Notes: generated by a model not told the origin, from the sequence alone. A DNA stretch of 64,000 bases from Octopus vulgaris (GCA_951406725.2 OX597822.1:92628001-92692000); one strand, 5' to 3'. Shown: positions 14,206-29,397, counted from the stretch's first letter. A program made the numbers and translations.

Positions 14206-15121
14206 ACATATTCTTTTATTCTTTTACTTATTTCAGTCATCTAACCGTGGCCATGCTGGAGCACCATCTTCAGTTGAACAAATCGACCCCAGGACTTACT
14301 CTTTGCAAGCCTAGTACTTATTCTATTGGTATCTTTTGCTGAAGCACCAATTTTGCAGGGATATAAGCACACCAACATCGGTTGCCAAGCGATGGTGGGA
14401 GGGACAAACACAGACACACACACACATGTACGTCAGTCTTCTTTCAGTTCCTATCTACCAAATCCACTCACAAGGCTTTGGTTGACCTGAGGACTGAACC
14501 CAGAACGATGTGGTTGGTAAGCAAGCTACTTACCACACAGCCACTCCTGCCCCTATACATACATAACATTCAAAAATAGAAGAGAGAGACATACATACAT
14601 ACATACAGATAGACATACACACACACACATATACACACACACACATATATATATACATACATATATATATGTATATATACATACATATATATATGTATAT
14701 ATACATATACAAGATAAGAAAATGGAGAAACACATCTAAATCAAATATCAATTACGAGATAATACTCAATCACATACTTTATCAAACCACCACATAAGAG
14801 ACTGCAGGGTTAAATATAAAAAGCAGAACAAATCAGTGTACATAAAGGAATGTACATAAAAAAGTTTACATAAAAGAGTAATGTTGTATAATAATTAGAA
14901 TATATACAAAAAAGAATATAAATACAAGTAAATATAAATATAAATATAAGCATACATTAGATCTTACAGCTGTTTTGGCCATGTCGATAATTATGTCTCA
15001 TTTTACCAATATTAGCCCTTTATGTGCATTTACAACCCCTATCTCAATTTGTATATATACATATATATATATATGTATATATACATATACATGTATATAT
15101 ATGTATATATATATATATATG

Positions 15122-15213
<92 letters not shown>

Positions 15214-15855
15214 TAAGAGAGAGAGAAAAAAACATACTTTTTCATCCACATTCACACACACTTCCTAATCTGTCGTTGGGCCGATAGTGGCAAATTGTCT
15301 TTATATATGTGTGTGTGTGTGTGTATGTCTATATATGTATGTATGTATTTATGTATGTATTTATATATGTAGTTATGCATTTATTTATGTATGTGTGTGT
15401 GTATGTATGTATATATTTATGTATGTATGTATGTATATATTTATGTATGTATGTATGTATATATTTATGTCTGTATTTATGTATGTATTTATGAATGTAT
15501 GTATGTATGTATGTATTTATGTATGTATGTATGTAAGTATATACACACAAGGAGTGTCCATGCAGTTCCATCCACCAAATTTACTCATAAAGTATTGGTG
15601 ATCGCAGGGTTAAAGTAGAAGTCACTTACCCAAGGTGTTGTATAGTGGGACTGAACCCCAAAGCACATGGTTGGAAAGCAAGCTTCTAAACCACACAGCC
15701 ATGCCTGAGCTTGTACATACATCCCCTACACATCTTCAAAAGTACCAGCTTTTTTAAGTCTTCCATACTTAGTGATCCTATACACACATATACACAGAAA
15801 TTTACATATATCTGAGTTACAGAGTTCAGAATATTTTAGATGAAAGAGAACTTAC

Positions 15856-15960
15856 TGAAAATAGAGTTAAGCCATTGGATGGTAATGGTGCATTGATGTC
15901 ATAGTGCAAACGTTCTATTAGATCAATAACAGCCTCAGTGTGTCCTGGACGGTAAGCTGT
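15856..15960 (-). CDS. Ankyrin gene exon (TAYRPGHTEAVIDLIERLHYDINAPLPSNGLTLFS)
   Basis: Acceptor tctctccacag, donor gtaagt; 105 bp, phase 0/0; ankyrin-like DIN..NG.TL motif. Confidence 0.8.
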
Positions 15961-17868
15961 CTGTGGAGAGATTAAACCATCTGTTAGAAATATGTTAATT
16001 ACTATGCATGTGTTTGTGTATGAGTATGTGTTTGTGTGTGTGTGTGTGTGAGTATGTGTTTGTGTGTGTGTGTGTTTGTGTTTGTTTATGGCTGTATGTG
16101 AGAGTGTATGTATACATGTATATATGCGTGAATGTACATATGTATACATAGATGTATGCCATCATCATCATCATCCTCACCGCCACCACCACCACCACCA
16201 CCACCACCACCACCACCACCACCACCACCACCACCACCACCACCACCACCACCACCACCACCATCATCATTTTAGCCTTCACTTTTCCATGGCAGTTTTT
16301 CTATAGCCAAATACCATATACATACACACACATATATACTAAATAATGATTAGGAGAAGAAGTACTCAATATAAAAGTAATATGCAGTAAAAAGCACATA
16401 AAAGCATCCATGCAGGTGTCATGTCAAGAGCACCCAGTACACTCTGTAAAGTGGTTGGCATTAGGAAGGGCATCCAACCAGAGAAAAATATCTAAAACAG
16501 ACAACTGTAGCCCGGTGAAGCTCTCCAGCCTTGCCAGCTCCTGTCAAACCACCCAACCCATGCATGAAAACAGACATTAAATGATGGTGGTAATGATGGT
16601 GATGATGATGCGAGCAGTAGTTTGTTTAGGTTGGGGTAGTGGTATGTGTGTAGGGTAGGGAGAAGACTCATCAGGCCAAGTGAAATCATAGTTGTGGCTG
16701 TACCAATGTCGTGTAAATGGCACCCATGTGTCATGGTCGTTGCCGGTGCCATGTAAATGGTACCTATGAATCATCAGGCTTGCTGGCAGTGCCATGCAAG
16801 TGGCACCCATCCATGAATTGTAGTTGGGGGTCATTGCTGGTGTCATGTAAATGGCTTGGTAAAGCATGCGTTACACTCCTGAAGAGGTTGGTGTTAGGAA
16901 GGGCATCCAGCTGTAGAAATTACGCCAAATCAGACTTGAACCTGGTGCAGCTCTCCAGCTCATCAGCTCCAGTCAAACTGTCTAACCCATGCCAGCATGG
17001 AGAACAGAAGTTAAATGATGATAATGATGATGATGATATGGCACGTAAAAAGCACCATCCGAATTGTGGCCGAAGCCAGTGCCGCTTCGACTGGCTTCCG
17101 TGCAGGTGGCACGTAAAATGCACCAATCCGAACGTGGCCGATGCCAGCCTCGCCTGGCACCAGTGCAGGTGGCACGTAAAAAGCACCCACTACACTCACG
17201 GAGTGTATATACACTCACAAACACACATATATATTGACATATATATCTCTTTATATATAATTCAACTCCAGTCTTGTTTTCAACTAAATCATATTTATAT
17301 AAAAGATATGAACTTTCTATAAGAAACCGTTCATGATGAATCCCTGAAAGGGACGAAAGCGCTAAATAAATAGCTTTTATACAGATCCTGACTACCTTAT
17401 TTTTCTTAATAATATATATATATATATATTCTTTTTCTTTGTTTCCTTAGGAGAGGTAAGTCTAGACTGTTGTTCTTTGCTTTCTCTTCTTCCTGTAAAA
17501 ATATATTGTTAACTAAAAACGAATTACATTGAAAAGCAAAATCAAAAAAGAAATCAGTAAATGTCTTGTTTGTTGATTTCTAAAGAGAAACAAAGATTCC
17601 AACTTGGATCAGAATATCTGGGGCTGTTCCTCACTGAGGAGATCAAATCAAGTTGAAACATCAGTGTCTGTTGATCTGCTGAAGACATTCTGAATGAGCT
17701 CAGTGTTTTTAATACACAAACTGTCCCAAGTGAATTTCTCTGTGACAAAACACTACAGTTAATGCTGTTCTACATTTGTATAGATTTTATGTTATTTGTA
17801 TCATTTATACACCCACACACACACATACATACATACATATATATATTATTATATACATACACACATAC

Positions 17869-18085
<217 letters not shown>

Positions 18086-18866
18086 TGTGTGTGTGTTGTG
18101 TTATATATATATACACAGACACAGACACCCATAAGTATGTTTTTTTTAGATTTATTGATTTGTGTATTGTGCTTCTGTGTTAGTATGTGAGTGTATGTGT
18201 GCATGTAATTATAGCCCTGTGATATTTCTATTCATGGCTAAAATGTTTTTTGGCCGATATACTGCTTACAATTTACTTCATACTCTTAGCAGTATTGTTG
18301 TAGCTTTTAGATCGTAGCATTTAATTAACAATACTTCAGGAAAAGCTACCAACACCAACAGCAAAGGTAACAGTGCTTTCACAAACAGCTGCAGCTGTCT
18401 CTGTCTCAGCTACAAGACCAGATTTCTTTGGACATGTAGAAGCTTTCCCTGAGCCCTTTCATTTCCTAGTATTAGAGGGTAACTAAAATTGCAGGGTTTG
18501 TGTAGGAGGAGCCAACACAAGAAGGGTATGTAAGAGATTCACAAATCTGCTCAGATGTTTTCAATTGTCTAATTTATCTTCTATCTTTTTGCTTTTTACT
18601 TGTGTCAGTCATTAGAGTGTGGCCATGCTGGGGCAATGCTTTGAAGAATTTTTAGTTGAATGAATCGACCTCAGTGCATTTTCTTATTTTAATCCTGGTG
18701 CTCATTCTATCAGTCTCTTTTACTGAACCACTAAGTTACGGTGATGTAAATACACCAATACTAACTGTCAAGCAGTGCCGGGGGGGGCTTAAACACAGAC
18801 ACACAGAGAAATATATGTGTGTGTGTGTGTGAGAGAGTATCATCATCATCATCATCATCATCGTCG

Positions 18867-18906
<40 letters not shown>

Positions 18907-20166
18907 TTAACGTCCACTTTCCATGCTGGCATGGGTTGGATGGCTTGTCCGAGGACTGGCAAGCTGGAGAGCTGCGTTAGGATCCAGTTTGACTTTGGAT
19001 TTGTTTCTATGGCTGGATGCCCTTCTTAATGCCAACCACTCTGAGAGTGTGGTGGGTGCCTTTTACTTGTCACCAGCACAGGTTCTTTTACACATCACCA
19101 GCACTGGTGTTTTTGTGTGTCACTGGCACAAATGCTGTTATGTGTCACCAACATTGGCCACAACTATGAATTCATTTGACTTGATGAGTCTTCTCAAACA
19201 CAGCAAATTGTCAAAGGTCATGATCACTCATCATTGCCTCCATGAGACCCCACATTTGAAGATCATGCTTTATCATCTTGTCCCATGTCTTCCTGGGTCT
19301 ACCTCTTCCATAGGTTCCCTTCACAGTTTGAGATTGGCGTGTCTTTATGCAGCTATCCTCATCTATATGCTATGCATCATATAGTTGTCTCTTTTGCACA
19401 CCATATCCGATGCCTCTTATGCCCAATTTTTCTCTCAAGCTTCATTACTATGGCAACAGTACAGATACTTATTGATCAGACTACATAAATATGTGAGTTG
19501 ATAGATTTCTGAGATTAGATAACAGACCACAAATATCAAGCTAACAGTAATTTGGATTTATTAATTCTCATCGGAGAATTCTCTTATTTCCATTGCTGTA
19601 ATATCAAAAGAATACACCAACACAACATGAATATTTAAAAATTCAATATATCTAAAAATATTTATATGTCTAAAGCTTAGTTTTGCTGTGGTATGTGGCC
19701 TGGAGGATTTCTTAACAGATGTCAAACAATGTAAAGTAACTTATGAATATACGTAGGTGCAGGAGTGGCTGTGTGGTAAGTAGCTTGCTTACCAACCACA
19801 TGGTTCCGGGTTCAGTCCCACCGTGTGGCATCATGGGCAAGTGTCTTTTTCTATAGCCTCGGGCCGACCAAAGCCTTGTGGATTTGGTAGACAGAAACTG
19901 AGAGAAGTCCGTTGTGTATATATATATATATATATGTATGTGTGTATATATGTTTGTGTGTCTGTGTTTGACAACCAATGGTGGTGTGTTTATGTCCCCA
20001 TAACTTAGTGGTTCGGCAAAAGAGTCTGATAGGATAAGTACTAGGCTTACAAAGAATTAGTCCTGGGGTCGATTTGCTCAACTAAAGGCGGTGCTCCTGT
20101 TTATTCTGTTCATGGTATATTATTAGCATTATCCTGTGTTTGAGAATAAAATTATTTCCTTATCTG

Positions 20167-20285
<119 letters not shown>

Positions 20286-20688
20286 TAGTCATTTGACTTC
20301 GGCCATGCTGGAGCACCGCCTTTAATCGAGCAAATCGACCCCGGGACTTATTCTTTTGTAAGCCCAGTACTTATTCTATCGGTCTTTTTTGCCGAACCGC
20401 TAAGTAACGGGGACATAAACACATCAGCATCGGTTGTCAAGCAATGCTAGGGGGACAAACACAGACACACAAACACACGCACGCATATATATATGTACAT
20501 ATATACGACGGGCTTCTTTCAGTTTCCGTCTACCAAATCTACTCACAAGGCTTTGGTTGGCCCGAGGCTATAGTAGAAGACACTTGCCCAAGGTGCCACG
20601 CAGTGGACTGAACCCGGAACCATGTGGTTGGTAAACAAGCTACTTACCACACAGCCACTCCTGTATATATATTTGTATATATATATTT

Positions 20689-20993
20689 GAGGCGTAATGG
20701 CCCAGTGGATAGGGCAGCGAACTCATGGTTGTAGGATTGCAGTTTCTATTCCCAGACAGGGCATTGTGAATGTTTATTGAGTAAAAACACCTAAAGCTCC
20801 ATGTGACTCTGGCAGGGGGTGGTGGCGATCCCTCCTGTACTCTTTCGCCACAACTTTCTCTCACTCTCTCTTCTGTTGGCCTGCTCGCTTAGCCAGCGGT
20901 GTGGCATCATTTGAAGGCTAAAACAATGCGAAGCGCATTGTAACCAGCGATGTGTAGCAACATTTGGTAGCCTGGTCGGTCATGGTGATCACG

Positions 20994-20996
<3 letters not shown>
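20689..20996 (+). mobile_element. tRNA-derived SINE family E (related copy 7020-7345, minus)
   Basis: A-box-like TGGCCCAGTGG head and shared aacacctaaagctcca..caactttctctc body. Confidence 0.65.
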
Positions 20997-21029
<33 letters not shown>

Positions 21030-21062
21030 TTGCAAGATTTTTGATGTGAAATCGTGTGTTAG

Positions 21063-21094
<32 letters not shown>

Positions 21095-21678
21095 TAATAA
21101 TAATAATGATGATGATAATAATAATAATAATAATAATAATAAGTGGGTGTAAACACATGAACAAAATAAGAATAAACAAAAACAAATTACACGAACGTAT
21201 ATAAACAGGAGATACAAATATTACAGGCATTCCCCCCCCCCACTAACTAAACATAGACGCACATAGAGATATACGCATGCGCAAATGAATACAATAGAAA
21301 TACAAAATGGCTGACGGTTAGTAAGGAGAGACACACAAATAAGAAAGATGAAAGTAAAGGACCACTGATGCCGTCACAGGAGTGCGACGAAAGAACTCTG
21401 GCCGAAATAAGATTAAGATTAATGTAAAAAATAAATAACACTGAAGCAAAGTAACACCAAATATATAGTGTGTGTGTTTTTATTGGCTAAACTGGCAAAA
21501 TGACCATTCCTAAATACAACAATATATATATATATATCATCATCATCATCATCATCGTCGTTTAACGTCCGTTCTCCATGCTAGCATGGGTTGGACGGTT
21601 CGACCGGGATCTGGAAAGCCAGAAGGCTGCACCAGGCTCCAGTCTTATCTGGCAGTGTTTCTACAGCTGGATGCCCTT

Positions 21679-21724
<46 letters not shown>

Positions 21725-22254
21725 CATGTATGAATACATACACACACACACACATATATAAATGTATACATACATATACATATATACATGCATACATACA
21801 TACATATACACACATATAAATATGTGTATATATATACATATACATTTAACATACAAATATGTTTGAATGTGTTTGATTTTTGAAGGTTTTTATGTTTAGT
21901 GATAGACAGAGATGCACTCAAAAACCATTATTCTGACTTTCTTCATTGTAAGGACAGATTCATAGATTTATTGGTAAATAATTAATTGGCTTGCTGGCTT
22001 GTTGACAAGCTGGGTAGAACTGTAAGCTATGTGTTAGAGACAATGAAGTCATGTTAAGTCAATGACGATAGTGAAGATGATATTGATGCCAACCAAGATG
22101 ATGATGAATGTGATAATGGTAGAAGAACCACAAGTACTTTATGCTCTGTTCCAATGATGGGCACATTGCCAAGTAGTTAGCATGTCGTACTCATTATCCC
22201 CAGGTCATGGGTTAGATTCCTGGACCAGGCAGCATGTTTTGTTCTTGAGCAAAA

Positions 22255-22800
22255 CGTTTGTATCAGCAGTCTGGAACCCCTATCTATTTCAGGACATTGA
22301 CCTCCTGGAAACTGTTCAGAGACATGCAGCCAAGCGAATACCCTCCATCAGGCATCTACCATACTCTGAACTCCTTGCTTTCCTGGACATAGCTACATTG
22401 AAGTGCTGACGTCTGGCGTCTGACTTGGTAAACACCCACAAAATTACTAACCATTGCGCCAACAACCACTTTGAGTACCTTTTTGTGTTCCATGTGTCTA
22501 ACACATGTGGGTATACCTACAAAGTCAGAAAACAGCACAGCTCCCATGAAGCATGGAACAAACTACTTGCATCTGTTGTTAATTGATGAGACATTGCATC
22601 CTTTAAAACCTCCATGCTTCCTGAAATTCACCAACACTACACCTGATATCCCCCCTCCATACACATGTATACCATGACTCATACACTTCTGACTTTCCTG
22701 ACCTTTGTACATAGTTCTATGTACTGTACATGCACCTTTGATGAGTTGCAGTGCACCTTTGATGAGTTGCAGTGCACCTGAGCACTGTACACAATAATTT
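22255..22800 (+). mobile_element. CR1/L2-like LINE 3' fragment
   Basis: VWNPYLFQDIDLLETVQRHAAKRIPSIRHLPYSE motif typical of the CR1-group ORF2 C-terminus. Confidence 0.75.
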
Positions 22801-23138
22801 CATCATTATTATTTTATTTTTATTTCATTTCATGTTGTTCTAGTGCTGTATGGAGACCAACATGTCAAACAATAGACCCAACATTTCTTCTGCATGTCAT
22901 AAACAGGGGCTAAAAATAAACTATAAAAGCCCTCACCACCAAAGACTACCTGAACAGATCCATGGGCTGGAGGGCTGTCGTCTTAGGGATGCAAAGGTAT
23001 CATCTGCCAAGAGTAGAAGGGAATCGCCAACAAATGGTGGATGCAACAATGCACTGTTACAGTACACCTCCCCATACTACTACTCTTGGGCTACTAACCC
23101 CAAGATTCCGAGTTAGATTCCAAGTAGTGACCTGAACT

Positions 23139-23187
<49 letters not shown>

Positions 23188-23581
23188 TAATAACAATGAT
23201 AATAACATCGAAAAATACCTTAGGAATGAGAACCCAGGTTCGAAATTTCCCCAAGACACCTGATGAAAGCTGGAGGGTATATCAACCGAAACGTGTTAAC
23301 AACAAACAAGATGAGAATAAATATCCGTTGAATGTAAATAATGTACATAATTCCTCATCTCTTAAATATAGAACTGTAAAAAGAAATATGTCCACACACA
23401 TAAACAGGAGGAAGGAAGGGAGAAGGAGAGAAACATTAAAATGTCTGATGTTAAATAAGTCAACATTGAATCAGTAACACCAAATAGACAGCACCAAAAC
23501 GATTGTACTGAAACATCTCACATCCACCAATCTGTATTGTTACACCTCCCAAAAATGATAAAAAAAAGGTGTTTTACATAC

Positions 23582-23670
23582 CTTACACAGATCGTATATG
23601 TTCAGTTTATATGGGTTCTTAAAATCGTCTTTTTTCTTTGTCAGTTCAGTATAGAAAGATTTTTTAGCTT
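23582..23670 (-). CDS. Ankyrin gene exon (KAKKSFYTELTKKKDDFKNPYKLNIYDLCK)
   Basis: Acceptor ttttttacag, donor AAG|gtatgt; phase 1 start and phase 0 end match both neighbouring exons; open frame. Confidence 0.75.
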
Positions 23671-25418
23671 CTGTAAAAAATGATCACTTAATTACAAATT
23701 AAAATATTTTCCAAATAGAAATAGATCTCATGTAGAATTGCTCAACTTTCTCAGATATTTTGCATAAGAGAAATTTCTTCTGTTAAATGTTAAGAAAGCT
23801 CAATTTAGTACAAGTAAGGTGAAGATAGTGATCAAAATAAATGTGATTTTTTATTAGGACCTGAATGTTATCTGTCTGTCACATGAACTGTGATGCAAAT
23901 ATATCTTCTAGCACTTGGTTTAACACACATGCACAACTGATTCAAACAATAACATATAATCAAATAACGAAATATTAGCCTGTAAACATTCAGATTACCT
24001 TACCAAATCATCATCATCATCATCACTGTTTAACATCCGTTTTCCATGCTGGCATGGGTTGGATGGTTTGACTGGGGGACTGGCAAGCCAAGAGGCTGCA
24101 CCAGGCTCCAATCTGATCTGGCAAGGTTTCTACAGCTGGATGCCCTTCCTAATGTCAACCACTCTGAGAGTGTAGCAGGTGCTTTTTATGTGCTACCAGC
24201 ACATGGGCCAGTCAGGTGTACTGGAATCGACCATGCTTGAATGGTGCTTTTTGCATACCACCAGTGAGGTGGCACTGGCAATGACCACACTCAAATAGTG
24301 CTTTTTATGTGCCACTGGCACATGAAGCCAGTCAGGTAGTCAGTCGTAATACTTATTCACATTGTTTTCAATTAATCATGTTTTATCTTGTAGCTTCAAG
24401 ATTTCAGTAATATGACTGTATATTTTTAGAATGACATTGTAGGGTAGTTGCATGAGACCAGAACTGACCAGTTTGAACATAGAACAGGTAGAACGTTTAG
24501 ACCGGATATGACTGGTTTAAATGCTAATCAGTAACTGTTCTCAAATGAGCACAACTCCTTTTGTCTAACACAGTGGTTCTCAACCATCTTTTTGTCTATG
24601 AACCCCATTTGATTCCTATTTTATTCTGATTGGCACCCATATCAAAAGAATCCCCTTATATTTTTATAATTAGTTATTATTAGGGATTGTATTAAAAAAA
24701 TTATTAAAATATTTTGTGTATTGTAGATGTATAACTAATCTATTACTCTTAAACTTTAACAACAAACTCTTATATGGATCCGCATGGGCCACAGAGATCC
24801 CCAAGGCTAGGTCCTGGTCTAACTTGAAAAATTGTCCTTACTATCCTTTCTTCTCCACTCTATCACTCATCATCATCATTTAACGTCCATTGTCCATGCT
24901 GGCATGGGTTGGATGGTTTCACGAGGGCTGGCAAGCTGGAAGGCTGCACCAGACACCAGTCTGATTTGGCATGGTTCTCAATGGCTGGATGACTTTCCTA
25001 ACACCAACCACTCTGAGAGTGTAATGGGAGATTTTACATGCCACCAGCATGGGTGCAATTTGCGTGACACCAGTATCTGCTATGACTACGATTTTACTTG
25101 GCTTGATGGGTCTTCTTCTCAAGCATGACATAATGCCAAAGGTCTCAGTCTTTGCCTCTACGAGGCCCAACACTTGAAAGGAACTCAGCCGCTATTTTTT
25201 TCTCCCTTTCCTTTTCTATTCCATTGCCTTACACAATCACTTCCCTTTTCTCTTGACAAACTCATTTTTACACCACACTAAATTTGTATATACTCTGCTC
25301 CATCCACAAATAATACTAAATTAAGTTGGCAAACAAGCTGAAACTTTGAAGTCACTGTCTACATTTTGCTTATAAAAATAAATAAATATATATATATATA
25401 ATGTAGACACATATTTAA

Positions 25419-25635
25419 CCCGTTAGTATTTAAACTGGCCATATCTGACCCAAATATTCTACTTTTAAGTTTAAACTAAGCAGATCCAGCCTCTCATGCC
25501 TATCCTACAATGTCATTCTTAAAATGAACAATCACATCATTGAAATCTCAAAGCTATGAGATAATCCATGATTAATTCAAAACAATGTGAATAAATAAAG
25601 ATTACATTTGATAGAGTAATCTGAATTTTAAAGGA
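25419..25635. mobile_element. TTAA-flanked piggyBac-like MITE (partial inverse copy about 24350-24527)
   Basis: TTAA on both sides; degenerate CCC.TTAG / TAAAGGA termini. Confidence 0.6.
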
Positions 25636-25965
25636 TTAAATATGGGGTTGTCAGATAAATTCATTTGCTTTTTTCTATTTATTTTAATGCTTTAAAATGT
25701 TATTCAAATTAACATCATAATTAGTGTTTCATGTATGTTTTTTCATTCATAGCTCAATTCTTCCTCTACAACTTATGTTTATTACATTCTATTAAGACAA
25801 CAAGCTGGCAGAAACATTAGCACTCCAGACGAAATGCTTAGTGGTATTTCTTCTGTCTTTATGTTCTGAGTTCAAATTCCACCAAGGTCGACTTTGCCTC
25901 TCATCCTTTCGGGGCCGATTAAATAAGTACCAGTTACAAACTGGAGTCGATGTAATCAACTTAAG

Positions 25966-26295
25966 CCTTAATGTAGGTGGAGGTATTGTTTTCAGTTGTG
26001 CCATGGACAATATATCTCAAGAACTGCTGGATGAATTCGGATGAAACTTTCAGGGATGTTTGGCCTTGTGATTGGCACAAACTGATTAGATTTTGGGATT
26101 GATACAGTACCAGGCAAGGATTCTGGATTATTTTTCCATTTTTAAAATTTAACTTTTGAGAGCAGTTGGGTTCATTTTTGGTATTCTCGTTTGTGAGAGC
26201 ATTTGAGATATTCTCATTTTAAAAATCCTCCCTTGCTAATCATTGAAAGGATGTTGGTGTTACCTTGGTGGAGGTTTGCACTCTCTGAGTGCTTT
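25966..26295 (+). mobile_element. Helentron-like non-autonomous element
   Basis: ggaggtattgttttc start; cttggtggaggt followed by 3' hairpin gcactc-tct-gagtgc and a T run. Confidence 0.45.
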
Positions 26296-26968
26296 TGTTG
26301 ATTTTGAATTTGAATAAATTTGGCATTTTTTCAGACATATGGTGATGGAGTGCCAAGCAGAAAAAAATGAATATGAACAAATTTATCTGACAAACCAATA
26401 CATATAAAAAGAGACATTCATATGTAGATACATATGAAAGATAACATAAGTATGAAATAATTCTTAGTTTTTATTAAAATTTTTTTTGGTGGGGTGGAGA
26501 CAGTGTATTTTGAAGTAAATACAGCTACAAATGATAGAATGTAAATATTTATTTCTTTATTGCCCATAGGGGGCTAAACATAGAGGAGACAAACAAGGAC
26601 AGACAAAAGGATTAAGTTGATTACATCGACTCCAGTGTGTAACTGGTACTTATTTAATCGGCCCTGAAAGGATGAGAGGCAAAGTCGACCTTGGTGGAAT
26701 TTGAACTCAGAACATAAAGACAGAAATACTGCTAAGCATTTCATCTGGAGTGCTAATGTTTCTGCCAGCTTGTTGTCTTAATAGAATGTAAATATTGATA
26801 GTATGTAAAAGAAGATAATTAGCTGTGTGGTAAGAAGCTTGCATACCAACCACATGGTTCTGGGTTCAGTCCCACTGCATGGGCACCTTGGGCAAGTGTC
26901 TTCTACTATAGCCTAGTGCCAACCAAAGCCCTGTGAGTAGATTTGTTAGGCAGAAACTAAAAGAAGCC

Positions 26969-27010
<42 letters not shown>

Positions 27011-27172
27011 GGGCACAGGAGTGGCTGGGTGGTAAGTAGCTTGCTTACCAACCACATGGTTCCAGGTTCAGTCCCGCTGCATGGCACCTTGATCAAGTGT
27101 CTTCTACTATAGCCTTGGGCTGACCAAAGCCTTGTGAGTGGATTCGGTAGACGGAAACTGAAAGAAGCCTGT

Positions 27173-27210
<38 letters not shown>

Positions 27211-28118
27211 TCCCCCCCCGACATTGCTTGACAACCAATGCTGGTGCATTCATGTCCTTGTAACTTAGTGGTTCAGCAAAAGAGATCGATAGAATAAGTA
27301 CTAGGCTAACAAAGAATAAGTCCTGGTATCGATTTGTTCGACTAAAGGTGGTGCTCCAGCATGGCCGCAGTTAAATGACTGAAACACGTAAAAGAATGTA
27401 AACATTATATGTAAACACAATATAAATGATTGTATGTAAATACAATGTCGAAACCCTTCTGCATAGAAAAAAATCAAAGGCTGCCCCCAACTATCATTAT
27501 CTATACCTTTATTTGCTTCAAGATAAACCAGTAAAAGAGAAAAAATATTTCACATTCACTGAAAGTTTATGAATTTTTATGATGTCAACAACAAAGATAT
27601 CCTTTTTACTCTAGGCACAAGGCCTGAAATTTTTGGGGAAGGGGCATGTCGATTAGATTACCCCCCCCCCCCCAGTGCAACTGCTACTTGATTTATCAGC
27701 CCTGAATGGATGAAACGTAAAGTTGACCTTGGCAGAATTTGAACTTAGAACATAGTAGTAGAAGAAATACCACTAAGCATTTCGCTTGGTATGTTAACGA
27801 TTCTGCCAGTTGCTGCCTTTCAACAATGCTGATATATGACAGTCAAAGCACACAGATAATTCATGTATGTGTGTGTGTGTGTGTGTGTATGCATGCGCGC
27901 ATGTACATGTGTGTGTGTGTGGGTGTGCTTATGTGCATGCGTGTATGTATATATGGATGAATGTGTGTTAGTGTATATGTGAGCAAAAATATGTCACCTG
28001 AAAATAATTATTAGAATAACAAGGAAAATTAAGCGAAATCAAATCAACTGAAGACTTTTAAAACTTTAAATTGTCAAAAACAGAACAGAAAGAGGAATGA
28101 AGTATGAAGAACACTTAC

Positions 28119-28271
28119 TGCTACGTTTGTTCCTGAGAATCATTGTCACAATTATTATTGCCAGAATGCTCCAAGACCAAAATTGGTTTATAGACAGAAC
28201 ATTATTCATTACATTGTCCATGATCTGCTTAAGTTGCAGCTGTTTCCAATACGATGACATAACAGACATGA
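28119..28271 (-). CDS. Ankyrin gene exon with hydrophobic TM/signal-anchor segment (MSVMSSYWKQ...FWSWSILAIIIVTMILRNKRS)
   Basis: Acceptor ctttctattgccag, donor gtaagt at 28113-28118, phase 1/1; hydrophobic stretch followed by basic residues. Confidence 0.75.
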
Positions 28272-28297
28272 CTGGCAATAGAAAGTAATTAACAATG

Positions 28298-29250
28298 TTA
28301 CATCATCATCATCATCATCATCATCGTCGTCGTCATCGTCGTCGTCGTTGTCGTCGTCATTGTCGTCATCTTCATTGTCATCACAACCATTATGACTACC
28401 ACCATAGACATTGTTGTTGTTGTCATCACCACCATCACCACCATTCTCACCACCATCACAACTACTATCACCACCACCACCACCATCACCACCACCACCA
28501 CAACTACCATCGCCACTACCACTGCTGCTATCACCCACCACCCACCATCACCACCATCAGCATTGTCGTCGTTGTTGCTATCATCATTGTAGCTGTCATC
28601 GTCATCATTATCATCATAATCACAACCATAACTATCTTCACCACCGCCACTTCTGTCACCAGCACCTCCATCGTCATTGTTGCCATTCTCCTGCTTCTCC
28701 TTTTCTTCCTCCTCTTCCTCTTCCTCCTCTTTATTATATATCCTTAGCATCTTAATCGTAGTAGTCGTCACTAATGACTTCCCTTTATAATTTAATCCAT
28801 GCCAACATCAGCATGATGAAATTAATTTAGCAATATTTTATCATCATCATCATTATCTTAACAACACCATCAACACTACCATTGTCAGCTCAAAGTCCTC
28901 TTCGTTTGCATAACCGTCATTGTGATTATGATAATTGTCATCATTCTTGTTGCTATTATCATCAACATCACCATCATGATTATGATAACGTTATCTTCAT
29001 CACATCATTTACCTGGTATCATATCCAACTCTGTAATTATAGCCATCTTAACAATCACAATTGTTGTAATCGTCAGTCAAACCATCCAACCTATGCCAGC
29101 ATGGAAAGCAGACATGAAACAATGATCATGATGAAGATGATGAAAATCATTATTATCCTCAACATCATCTTTATCACCATTGCCATCATCATCATCATCA
29201 TTATCATTGTTCTTGTAATCGTTGTCATTATCACAAATGTCATTGTCATA
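28298..29250. repeat. Compound trinucleotide low-complexity tract (CAT/CGT/CAC)
   Basis: Mixed degenerate triplet repeats directly next to the acceptor of the 28271 exon. Confidence 0.9.
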
Positions 29251-29397
29251 CTTTGTCTTCTTCAAATCTGATGCAATCTAATACATGCACTCTTAACCAC
29301 TACGCTACGGGCATAGTGGTTAAGAGAGCGGGCTATTAACCCCAAGATTATGAGTACGATTCCAAGCAGTGACCAGAATAATAATAATAATAATAAT

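Noticed and set aside
15961-15980. Alternative upstream acceptor extending the 15856-15960 exon (DGLISPQ)
   Set aside because: Needs phase 1, but the preceding exon ends in phase 0; the 15960 acceptor has a better pyrimidine tract.
17554-17748. Extra exon of the ankyrin gene
   Set aside because: No recognisable motif or convincing splice pair; the flanking exons already join in frame.
28209-28771. His/Asp/Pro/Thr-rich ORFs
   Set aside because: Trinucleotide low-complexity intronic tract that is open in many frames.
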